64,000 bases of DNA from Ostreococcus lucimarinus. Lineage: Eukaryota. The stretch lies in the NCBI GenBank assembly GCA_000092065.1, contig CP000589.1. The stretch is one strand, 5' to 3'. Below the pieces are notes generated by a model. The model had not been told where the DNA came from and did no database searches. It was given only the letters and a program-made list of their open reading frames with translations. Shown piece after piece: positions 28,001 to 37,900 of the stretch. How positions within the stretch are numbered: the stretch's first letter is position 1; each line of letters begins with the position of its first letter. Position numbers and translations under genes: made by a program.

Positions 28001-29500
28001 CTAGTCGACGTTCGATCGCACGAGATCGTCGAGATCTTCCGGCCCCCAGTCGTCGTCTTCGTCCTCGCACGCCTCGTCCCAATCGCCGTCGACGCACGCG
28101 ACGTCGTCGTCGAAATCGATTTCGTCGCACGCGTCGTCGCGCGCGATGTTCATTTTCGCCGTGAGCGCGCGTATTAAACTCGCCTGCATGGAGTTGAGCG
28201 TCTGCACGTTTTCAATCGTGCCTTCGAGCGCGCCCGCGTGCACGGCGGCGCCGAGCGCGACGGCTTCGTCGGGGTTGACGAGCGATACGTTTGGCTTTCG
28301 ACCTAGAGTGTTTTCGACGAACCGTCGCACGCACGGCGATTTCGTCGCGCCGCCGACTAGGAGAATTTGATCGAACGGTCTTCCCGCCGCGCGTGACGCA
28401 CCATCTTTCTTCAGCGAGTTCTCCATGATGGCTTCCAAATCGACCCCCGCGCTGTCCGCGGCGGCGCTCACGGGACGCCGCATGCGGCGAAGGACGTCGA
28501 TGACGAGTTTTTCAAACAGTGAGCGAGTGATGATGCGCTTACTCCCATCAGGCATCGGCACCTCGACCTGCTCTTGATCACTCAACGCCTCGCGCGCCTT
28601 GCGAGCGACGCTCAACGCGCCTCTGGGATCGACGTCGGCGCCGAGCGATTTCGCCTCGGACGCGAGCCAAACCGCGATGATGCGATCAAAGTCGTCCCCG
28701 CCTAAGTTTGGGTCGCCACCCGTGGCTAACACCTCCACGGTTCCACCGCCCACCTCCAGCACGCTCACGTCGAACGTCCCTCCCCCGAGATCAAACACGA
28801 AGACGGTTTCGTCTTCGTCCACGTCCACGCCGTACGCCAACGCCGCGGCGACGGGTTCCTTCAGCAACCGCACGACGTTCAACCCCGCGAGATGTCCCGC
28901 GCGCGTCGTCGCTTCCATTTGCAAATCATCAAAGTACGCCGGCACCGTTATCACCGCCTTATCGATCGTCGTTCCTAACTCGGCCTCCGCCGCGTCCAAC
29001 AGCGTTCGCAGCACGTGCGCGCTCGCCTCCTCCGGTAGCACCAAGTACTCTTCCCCGCTCTCATCCACCGCCGCGATCGCCGCAAACTTCGTCTCGGGGT
29101 GTGGGACGACCCTGTACGGCACGTCTTTCGCCTGCGCCTTGCATTTTTTGTACTTTCGTCCGATGAACCGTTTCACGCTGTGCAGCGCGTTGCGCGAATC
29201 CTTTTGCATTCTTTTCTTCGCCTCTACGCCCACCGTCACCGCGCCGTCGGGGCCGAGGGCGACGACGGACGGAATCGTGCGAAGGCCTTGACACGGCACG
29301 ATCTCCGCGCGGCCGTCGCGGACGATGGCGACGGCGCTATTCGTCGTGCCGAGGTCGATGCCGCAAATTGAGCATCGAATCGACGCGGGCGCGGAGCGGC
29401 GTGAAACCGGGGCGCGCGAGCGCAGCGCGCGCGAGGGGGACGTCGACGACGTCGCGGTCGACGCGCGGTGAGGGGTGACGGCGCGCGAGGGCGCGAACAT
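28001..29500 (-). CDS. Hsp70-family protein with nucleotide-binding domain only (no substrate-binding domain), acidic C-terminal tail
   Basis: The track start at 29596 is TTG and the first ATG is residue 33. Motifs are GIDLGTTNSAVA, AVITVPAYFDD, VFDLGGGTFDVSVL and LVGGATKSPCVRRF. After the NBD only about 60 aa follow, ending in a D/E/C/W-rich tail. Confidence 0.8.
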   Translation of the reverse strand: MFAPSRAVTPHRASTATSSTSPSRALRSRAPVSRRSAPASIRCSICGIDLGTTNSAVAIVRDGRAEIVPCQGLRTIPSVVALGPDGAVTVGVEAKKRMQKDSRNALHSVKRFIGRKYKKCKAQAKDVPYRVVPHPETKFAAIAAVDESGEEYLVLPEEASAHVLRTLLDAAEAELGTTIDKAVITVPAYFDDLQMEATTRAGHLAGLNVVRLLKEPVAAALAYGVDVDEDETVFVFDLGGGTFDVSVLEVGGGTVEVLATGGDPNLGGDDFDRIIAVWLASEAKSLGADVDPRGALSVARKAREALSDQEQVEVPMPDGSKRIITRSLFEKLVIDVLRRMRRPVSAAADSAGVDLEAIMENSLKKDGASRAAGRPFDQILLVGGATKSPCVRRFVENTLGRKPNVSLVNPDEAVALGAAVHAGALEGTIENVQTLNSMQASLIRALTAKMNIARDDACDEIDFDDDVACVDGDWDEACEDEDDDWGPEDLDDLVRSNVD

Positions 29501-29667
29501 CGCGCGAGTGTGTGGGGGCGGGGACGACGCGCGCTGACGAGGCGAGCGCGGCGACGGACGCGCGAAACAATCGTGGCTAAATGTCGCGCAATACAACGTC
29601 GGAGCGCGCGCGAACGGTGCGCACGTGGTCGCGAAACGACGTCGAGCGTCGCGATCGCGGGGCGTCG

Positions 29668-32600
29668 CTAAGGCCCGCGCGATTTGATTGGCGATTGCGC
29701 GGGCGTGTTCGCCGCCGACGGCAACCGACTCGACGGGCGCGGGACGACGGCGAAGGCGTCGTCACCGAGCGACGATCCGATTTGAACCTTGACGGGCAGC
29801 GGCACGGCTAAATTGAATTCGTTCGCGACGGATTCCATGGCGTGTCGCACGATTTGTGCGATGGCTTTGGCGCTGCGCGCGTCGCACTCGAAAACGCACT
29901 CGTCGTGCACCGTCAACACGAGCTGACATCGTTCGATGAGATACTTTGTGCGCAAAGTATCGATGACGCGCACGACTGCGGTCTTGAAGATATCTGCCGC
30001 GCTGCCTTGGCACACCGTGTTCACCGCCTGCCGCTCCGCGGCGGCCCTGTCGTCGTTATTCTTTGAGTGCAAATCTGGAAAATATCTGTGCCGAGCGCTG
30101 ATGGTCGTCACTCGAGCGATTGGCTTTTCCTCTCGCGCGCGGATGACGATGCCGTCTAGCCATTCCATCAGACGTGGAAGCATAGATTTGAATCGAGCGA
30201 CCTCGGATTTCGCCGCTTCTTCGCACATGCGCAAATCAGATGCCAATTTCTTAGCTCCGCTGCCGTACAACAATCCGTATACCAAATTTTTGCAATTCGT
30301 TCGCTCTTCGGCGAGCACGGTGTCGGGGGCTTTTCTGTACCACTTGCTAGCGAGCATCGTAAACGGGTCGTCTTTTAAGTTGTTTGGTTCAGGATTTTGA
30401 AGCATGTGAATCAGCGTGCGATCTCCACTGAAGTGCGCCATGATTCGAAGCTCCAGCTGCGAATAATCCGCGCGAACGAACACCTTGGCCGCCGGGGGCA
30501 CGAAGGCGGACCGTATCGATATCTTCGGCGCGTCGAGGCCGTAGAATTGATCACCACACGTCATGTCGTGCGCTAGCGAGTGAAAATTTGGTTCGCTGTG
30601 CGCCAACCTTCCACAGTCGTGATTGGTTTGAAAGATGGAATAGCGAATGCGAGAGTCATCGGCGTACATGCCGAGAATGGTGTCGGCGAAACCGCGTCTC
30701 TTGAACACGCTCCTGTGTTCTATGATGAGCAACGGAAACGGATGATTACTTTGCTCGTAGAGCTTGCGCAAGTTGTTGGCGTCGATACTGGTCTTCGCGC
30801 CCGGCGGCGGCGTGAGTTTCAAATGTTTGTACAGACGATCTTGCAGGTAGGTGTTGTTCGTCAGCGCTCTGCGTGCGATCGACACCGAAGAATCGAGAAC
30901 TATCCATTTTTGTGTCAAAGCGTATTCCTCTAGCTTCTTGAGACGATCATCCATCGTCGCCATCTCCTCGCGCATCTTGCGTGCGTCGAAAGGAATTCGG
31001 ACGGTTTGCATCGCCACGATCGGAGCTACAAACGGCATTTCGATCTCCATGAGAGGTCGGAGAAGCTCTTTCTCTTGACACTCTTTCCAAGTTAGGTGAC
31101 CCATGGCGTAGCACGCCGCGGTTGCTCGCGATAACGGTTTTAGATGGTCTCGATCTTTACCAAATCGATCCACAATATGACACGCCGCCTCGACGCCGCT
31201 CGTCGCTTCGCCCAACTCGGCGCTAAAGAGTTTCATAAGCGGATCGGTCGGGTCTGTCCCACGCATCAGCGCATCGTGTGCGCTTGCTTTGACTTCATCC
31301 GCACTTGGACGAAGAAGCCACGCGGCGATACGCACGTCCACGCACGGCTGTGCGAAACAGAAGAGACGGGCGGCGTACGTACTCGCTCGCGCGTCGACAA
31401 TGTTGCAGAGCTGTGACTGCAAGTCGATCGTAAACTTTCTTGGGCCTTCTTTCGATAGAATCTCGAGCGCACGCGCGATAGGGATGCCGACTATCTCGCG
31501 ATTTCTGATCGCATTCTTCTGCTCGTGCCTGTCGTACAAAAGCTTGGCGATGAACACAGCGCGCGAATTCAACGCCACAGCGATGCGCGTCGGCTCCTCG
31601 AACGCTCGACGCTCCCCCGACGACTCGTGAACGCTTTTCGGCTGGAAAATCACGGAATATGCCGAGGAATCCTGCCATATGCTCAAGAACGTCTCGATAT
31701 CTTCCGAGGTTTCGAGCAAGGTTGTGCCGACTGCCGTTCGCACATCGAGTTCAATCGCCAGATCTAACGAGTTCTCATTCGCCATGCCGGCTTCGATTTC
31801 TCGTATCTCGGCTAATCTAGTCTCAGTCTCTTCGCGTTCCTCCCGCGTCTGCTCTGCTACAATTTCTCTGGCGCGAGCTAAAATCTCCCGAGCCGCTCGC
31901 ACGATGGCCGAGGGCGCCATGCCGTTCTTGTTGTACTGCTTCAACACGGCGGCGATTTTATCGACACTACCCAAAGTCACGATGGCTTTCGGCGTCGTGA
32001 TGCCTCCCGTGTACAACGCTCTGGCGCGATGAATTCCAATGTACGGAATTTTCGTCAATTCTAATATCTCTTCCTGTGCCCCAGCGGTGATTCGATCGCT
32101 GATTCTAGTGATTAAACCCTCCATGTCGCCCCAACCGAGAGTACCACAAATCGCCGCTACGTACGACGCGAAACGCGCACACGATTTTTGTTCCTCTAAG
32201 ACGTCGAACGCACGAACACCGTACTTGCTGGTGATACTTTCGATTGGAACTTCTTGTATCAAGTCCGTAAGAAACAATGCGACGTGAAAGCGCTGACATG
32301 CGAATCGCTGAAGCTGGTGAGCAATTGTGATGTCACGTTTGTTCGAGCGCAACCTTTGAACATAACGCTCGTCTATGCCAACCTTTTCCGCGATCCGTAA
32401 TTGCTCCGCGTTCAGATTCGACCAGAGCACTGCGAGTGCGTCCAGCGTCCTAAATTTGTTCAGATTCACCGGCGCCCCTTCGTCGTCGAGCACCGGTGGA
32501 GCAGTCAAGAGATAGAGTAAATGCAGTGGCGTGCTCAGTACCAAATCTTCGCGAGCCGTCTTCACGTCTCGAATGATTGGCTGCACTTGATCCAGAGGCA

Positions 32601-34731
32601 TCATACCTCCAGCCACGGCGTTTCCGAGCGCCGATGCGCTCCACAAATAAGCAGTCACATTCCAAACGAGAAGTGCATTCTTTTGGCACCACCGCAGCGC
32701 GTCGATGGCGGTTTGTCTCACGGACTCGTCAAAGTCGTTTAGCGCCGACAGCAAAGTACACTTGACGTAGTCCTGCACATCTGTGGGTATCTTCACTAAA
32801 CCAGCCGCGACCGCTTCGAGCATAATACGCCGCATGCCGACTTCGGCCACCGCGCTAGTGAGCTCATCAGACGGACCGTCGACGAGAGCGCACACGTTGT
32901 CTAATTCAGCGAGTTTCGGGCAAAATATGATCGCAGATCCACTGGTATCAAGTCCGGCACGACCGGCGCGACCTGTCATCTGCTGGATGTCTCGCGCATT
33001 CAGCTTTTTCCATCCCATATTCGTATCGCGAAGAATGACGCGTCGAGCTGGAAGGTTGACGCCGGTGGCGAGCGTACTGGTGCAGCACAAGACGCGAATG
33101 ACTCCGCGTTTGTAGGCGTCGGCCACAGCCTCGTTTTCCTCTCGAGAGAGTCCAGCGTGATGAAACGCGACACCATCTTTGATGTATGGAAGCACATCGC
33201 TCTTAGCACCGAGTGCGGTTTCATAGCCAACGACGATCTCGTCTCGCGACAACGTAGCGTTGTGGATTTGGCGCGGCACGGTGCACTGCATCATATTTCG
33301 AAGCTGATCTGCCAACGTCTTACACGCTGCTCGCGTCGAACAAAACACCAAAACCGATCCATCTTCATCGATCGTTTCCTGAGCGAGCTCTGCGATGTGT
33401 GCGTTGTCTGAATTCGGCGATTTATTCAGCATCGTCCGAATCACGTGCTTCGTCGCCGGATGGAAAATCTCGCAACCAACCTTGACGCACACTTCTAGTC
33501 TGATTGGACGAAAGTTCGTCACATAGAGCCGAGCGAACAACCAATCAGCGAGCGCTTTCAGGTTTGGGATCGAGGCGCTCATACCTATGATTTGCATCGA
33601 ACGCTGATCGCGCGTGCCACCGCGAGTGTTCCCGACTGAGTACGTTGTCTGACTTCCATCTTCGTCGCCTACAGTCGGCTCGCCGCTCGCTCGCGCTTTA
33701 CGCCTCCACAATCCACTCGCGTACACGAGTTTGGTAAGGAACAACTCCATCGTTGCCCCGCGATCATCGTCTTGAATCAAGTGCAGCTCGTCGACGATGA
33801 CGGCGCTCAGTTCGTGTAGCCGATTCTCTTCTAGCAGTCTCGACGTCACTTGGTTCGCCCGCTCTGGCGTGAGCACCAATAAGGTGTTCATCTTTGAATC
33901 GCTCGGAAACGCTCCGCCTCGCCCGCCGTACATCCTTCGCAATCGAAACTCCGTTCCCGCAAAGAGATTTTCTAAACTGTCCGCGCGCTCTTCGCAAAGA
34001 GCGACAAACGGCAACACAAACATCGCCACGCTCCCCGGTCGCTCGCGAAACCGACGCATCAATAGTAAGTCCGCGACGAGACTTTTACCCCCGCTCGTTG
34101 GTGCGCTGTACAACAAATTCACGCGCCCCTCCATCACCCCCGGCAGAGACAGGCACTCCATCTGCCACGGGTACAACTCTCGCACGCCCTTCGCCGCGAG
34201 CGCTTCGCGCGCAGACTCCGGCACGCCCCAAAACTCCAAGTCTCTCCGCCCCGTCGCCGTCACCGGACGTTCGATCGACGTCGACGCCTCATTTCCACGA
34301 CTCGCGCGCGCGTCATCCGTCGTTCTCGACCGCGACCGCGCCGACCGTTCCGCGCTCAGTCTCGCCGCGACCTCCGCGAGCGCTTCGTCGTCGACGTCGT
34401 CCAACAGCGTCTCAAGCCTTTCCGGCGTTTTCGCCCCACTGTGTCTCGAAAACCGCGCGGAATCCTGCGTCAACCCTCGCACGCGATCGCTGCGCGCGCG
34501 ATCGTCCGACCGTTCGGCGCTTCCGTCGTCGCGCGACGCGGCGACGTCGACGCGAGGCCGTTTCAACCGTTCATCGCGCGACTCGCTCGAAAACGCCTCG
34601 TTCGCCGCACGCCGTCGCGCGTTCTCGTCGTTCTCCCCCACGGTGTCGCGCATGAGGTCGACGATCATGGTCTCCGGGTCGAGCGACCGTCGACGGCGCG
34701 ACAGGCGACGCGCGGGCGTGGAGCCGGGCAT
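29668..34731 (-). CDS. POLQ: DNA polymerase theta (helicase-polymerase fusion), single exon
   Basis: ATG checked at 34729..34731. Helicase motifs are APTSGGKS, VDELH and QMTGRAGRAG. Family-A polymerase motifs are DYSQLELRIMAH (A), RTNCKNLVYGLLYGSG (B) and TVHDECVFE (C). Confidence 0.9.
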   Translation of the reverse strand: MPGSTPARRLSRRRRSLDPETMIVDLMRDTVGENDENARRRAANEAFSSESRDERLKRPRVDVAASRDDGSAERSDDRARSDRVRGLTQDSARFSRHSGAKTPERLETLLDDVDDEALAEVAARLSAERSARSRSRTTDDARASRGNEASTSIERPVTATGRRDLEFWGVPESAREALAAKGVRELYPWQMECLSLPGVMEGRVNLLYSAPTSGGKSLVADLLLMRRFRERPGSVAMFVLPFVALCEERADSLENLFAGTEFRLRRMYGGRGGAFPSDSKMNTLLVLTPERANQVTSRLLEENRLHELSAVIVDELHLIQDDDRGATMELFLTKLVYASGLWRRKARASGEPTVGDEDGSQTTYSVGNTRGGTRDQRSMQIIGMSASIPNLKALADWLFARLYVTNFRPIRLEVCVKVGCEIFHPATKHVIRTMLNKSPNSDNAHIAELAQETIDEDGSVLVFCSTRAACKTLADQLRNMMQCTVPRQIHNATLSRDEIVVGYETALGAKSDVLPYIKDGVAFHHAGLSREENEAVADAYKRGVIRVLCCTSTLATGVNLPARRVILRDTNMGWKKLNARDIQQMTGRAGRAGLDTSGSAIIFCPKLAELDNVCALVDGPSDELTSAVAEVGMRRIMLEAVAAGLVKIPTDVQDYVKCTLLSALNDFDESVRQTAIDALRWCQKNALLVWNVTAYLWSASALGNAVAGGMMPLDQVQPIIRDVKTAREDLVLSTPLHLLYLLTAPPVLDDEGAPVNLNKFRTLDALAVLWSNLNAEQLRIAEKVGIDERYVQRLRSNKRDITIAHQLQRFACQRFHVALFLTDLIQEVPIESITSKYGVRAFDVLEEQKSCARFASYVAAICGTLGWGDMEGLITRISDRITAGAQEEILELTKIPYIGIHRARALYTGGITTPKAIVTLGSVDKIAAVLKQYNKNGMAPSAIVRAAREILARAREIVAEQTREEREETETRLAEIREIEAGMANENSLDLAIELDVRTAVGTTLLETSEDIETFLSIWQDSSAYSVIFQPKSVHESSGERRAFEEPTRIAVALNSRAVFIAKLLYDRHEQKNAIRNREIVGIPIARALEILSKEGPRKFTIDLQSQLCNIVDARASTYAARLFCFAQPCVDVRIAAWLLRPSADEVKASAHDALMRGTDPTDPLMKLFSAELGEATSGVEAACHIVDRFGKDRDHLKPLSRATAACYAMGHLTWKECQEKELLRPLMEIEMPFVAPIVAMQTVRIPFDARKMREEMATMDDRLKKLEEYALTQKWIVLDSSVSIARRALTNNTYLQDRLYKHLKLTPPPGAKTSIDANNLRKLYEQSNHPFPLLIIEHRSVFKRRGFADTILGMYADDSRIRYSIFQTNHDCGRLAHSEPNFHSLAHDMTCGDQFYGLDAPKISIRSAFVPPAAKVFVRADYSQLELRIMAHFSGDRTLIHMLQNPEPNNLKDDPFTMLASKWYRKAPDTVLAEERTNCKNLVYGLLYGSGAKKLASDLRMCEEAAKSEVARFKSMLPRLMEWLDGIVIRAREEKPIARVTTISARHRYFPDLHSKNNDDRAAAERQAVNTVCQGSAADIFKTAVVRVIDTLRTKYLIERCQLVLTVHDECVFECDARSAKAIAQIVRHAMESVANEFNLAVPLPVKVQIGSSLGDDAFAVVPRPSSRLPSAANTPAQSPIKSRGP

Positions 34732-34936
34732 GATTGATGCGCGCGCGTAATCCAGGCACCTTTCGTCGCGCGCGCGCGTCTATCGCTCGGCGCGCGCGCG
34801 CGGCGCGCGCATGCGCCGAAGGGTGCGCGGCGATACGTTTTCGCGACGCGCGCGCGCGCGACGACGTCGCGGCGCGGCGCGGTGTGCGGCGCGTGGGTCT
34901 CGTCGGTCGAGTTTTTATGTGGATTCTGGAACAACG

Positions 34937-37900
34937 CTACGGCGCGGACGCTCCGGCGTTCGCGGCGTCGACGCCGGTGACGTCGCGCTTCAGGAGGTAG
35001 TGGGCGAATAAGGGTAAGTCTGGAAACGTGTGCGCGATGTAAGCCTCGACGATTTTGCGCGAAGACGTCCAAGGATCGGCGGCGGTGTCTTCGGGACGCA
35101 GGAGCACGGCGACGTTGGATCCGAGCGCGCGGAGCATCTCCGCGCGTTCGGCTTCGAGCGGCGGATGCTCGTGCATATTACGCGCGAAGCGCACCAGATC
35201 GAACAAACGATTGCCGTAAGAGTAATCCTTGGGTTCGTTTTGTCTCGGCGGAGGAACGACGTCGGCGGCGCGCTTGCCGCCGCGGCGGCGGTTGCGCTTT
35301 GAATTTGTCTTCGACGCAGCTTCCGCCGCGCGAGCCGCGCGGGCGTCTTCCCACGTCTGCTGCATGTTCGCCGTGCGTTGTGCGTACCTATCTGCGCGCA
35401 CTAGTAGAGATGGAACGACGAGAGACTTCCAGTTGCGAATCGATTGCGCCGCTCGCTCGGCTTGTCCAGGTCGCCCCTTCCAAACCGTCTGCGCGAGATC
35501 TGCTTCGTCCTTTTCCGAAAGAGAGTTCACGATGCGCCGATCGAAAATTTCTCGAACGGCTTCCATGCACTCTTCAACGTCCCAAAGCGCGGGGTGCTCG
35601 CAAACCTCCGTGGCGGTGGGACGCTCACGCGGATCCGGATCCAACATCCGGTGAAGGAGTTCGCGCGCCGCGACTGCGGTGTGCGACGGTAACATCGCGG
35701 TCTCGATCGCTTGAAGACTGAATTTGCCTTTTACGATGCGTTGATTTTCAAATCCAACGTCCAGCGCGGTGGATGCGCTCAGATCGAGTTCTTGCGTTGG
35801 GGATTTGTTTCGCGAATCCATCTTCCTCTCTTGCTTGTACGGCGATTGCAAACCAGTCATGATGGTGTACATGAGACATCCAAAACTCCAGACGTCAACC
35901 TTGGGCGTCAGGGGAGCGTTAAGCAACACTTCCGGTGGTCGACCTTGTAAACCAATGTTCACCCCGTACCCTTCAAAAGTTGTGAGCGAGTACGTGTTGC
36001 CATCCGTCGCCTTGTTTGCGTCCTTCAATCGCACCCCGAGGCCCAAATCCGCGAGCTTGAACTCGCCGTCCGCGCTCCGAAGGCAGTTGTCGGCTTTGAT
36101 GTCGTTGTGTGTTACACCGGCAGCGTGCACGTCTTCCACAGCTTGAGCGAGTTGTCGCACGGCATCCATGCGCTCGACGTGCGAGATCGCCGGCGCGCCG
36201 CCAGCAGTGCCCGCATTCTTCAGCCACGTCGCCAAAGACTCGCCGCACAGCTCCATGGCGGTGTAGATTGCCCCATCACCGCGGTCGACGTCAAGTTTAC
36301 TACCCAGTATATGCGTCGCCCGCGTGCTTCGCTCGTTCAAGTGCTTGTGAATGGCAATCTCTCTTTCAATCAATGACTTCATGTTGTCTCCGCGCTCGCC
36401 CGGCGGCAAGGGGATGCGCTTGATCGCGGCGTCGCGACGAACGACTCTGTTGCCCGCACCCTCGTCGTAATATCCCTTGAACACGACAGTTCCGAGCGAT
36501 CCTCGACCGAGAATTTCAGCCTCGTTATACCAAATATTACGTCCGGCGTTCACCCACCGATCACTATCCGAATCATTCCCAGACGTCGGCGCCGGTAAAA
36601 GTGAATCCGTGATTCGATGGGCACGAATGAACGCCTGTATCTGACGCTCCAAATTCTCTAGCTTCGTCTCCGCGCTACGCACAATGTCTTCGTCCACTCC
36701 CATATCTTTGGCTTGCGCGATTCGCTCGCGCAGCTTCACAGGGTCAACATCTTCTGCGGCGTGTAATAAATCTCTCGCCGCGCCTAGAGCGAGAACGCGC
36801 GCACGTCCAAGCTTGCTCGCCTTGGCTGCAGCGTCGACGTCCTCGGCATCCATTTGCAGCGCATCCATAAGCTCGGTAGAGATATCCTCTTCTTGTAATT
36901 CTTCCATGTTCTCATGCGACACTTGCAAAGCGCTCCCAGCCAGGCGCGCTTGGATGCGCGAAGAGAGCTCGTTCATGAGCTCCTCCATCTCCACCCCTTG
37001 CGCCTCGAGCGCCTGAGGTCCGCCCTCGATGGGCATGGGCGCCCCGGCGAACTCGTTGATGCGGTTGACTGTGTCTAAGAACGCCTGTCGGTGCATTTCT
37101 CCAAGCGCCGCGATTTGCTCGAGCTTTCCTAATTGCATACTAAACGCAGCCACGGACGGTTCGATTTGCGGCAGGTGTACTTCTGACATCCTTCCCTTGG
37201 CGTTCCACATCTCACGCAACAACACCTCAGCCTTGACCACGTCCGCATCGTCGCGTGTGTCCGTGATTTCTCTCGCGCGCGCCGTGAGCGCTTTCAGTTC
37301 AGCTCGAAGATCCGCCTTGCGCACCGCCGCTCTAAATTCGCGCAGCGCGTCGAAAATCTTTGTCACGGGCGGAAACACCTTCGCCTTGCCCTCGGGCGTA
37401 CCGTGGAACGCGATCAACTTGCGCTCTTCTTCAAGAATTTCTTCATCCGTCATCTCACCTCTAAGAAATCTGTGCGTGTGCTGCGTCGTCTCGACGATGG
37501 AATCACCGAACGATCTCGTCCTTGATCTCAAACGATTGATGAATCGCAAGCCACCAAAGATGGCGTTCATCAGAAACCATCGAGAATCGTGTTGCTTTCC
37601 TAAATAGGGCGCCGTATATTCATCAAACCACTTTCTCGCGCGCACGCTCGTCATCTCGCCAAACTTGTCGAGCTCACCCGCGGACATCATCTTCGTCACT
37701 TCCGGTAGCGTGAGGCCGTTGTGCGACCACTCGTTGAGCCACTGCTTTTGAATGTTGTCCAGTTGCCCGATGAAACGAGCGCTATGTTCTTCGATCGCAG
37801 CCGCACGCGTGAGATCGGTGAGATCGGACATGTACTCCTCCCACTGTTTTCCCACCGGCACGTTCGAACCGCGATGACCTGCAAATTCCAAGCCGCACAC

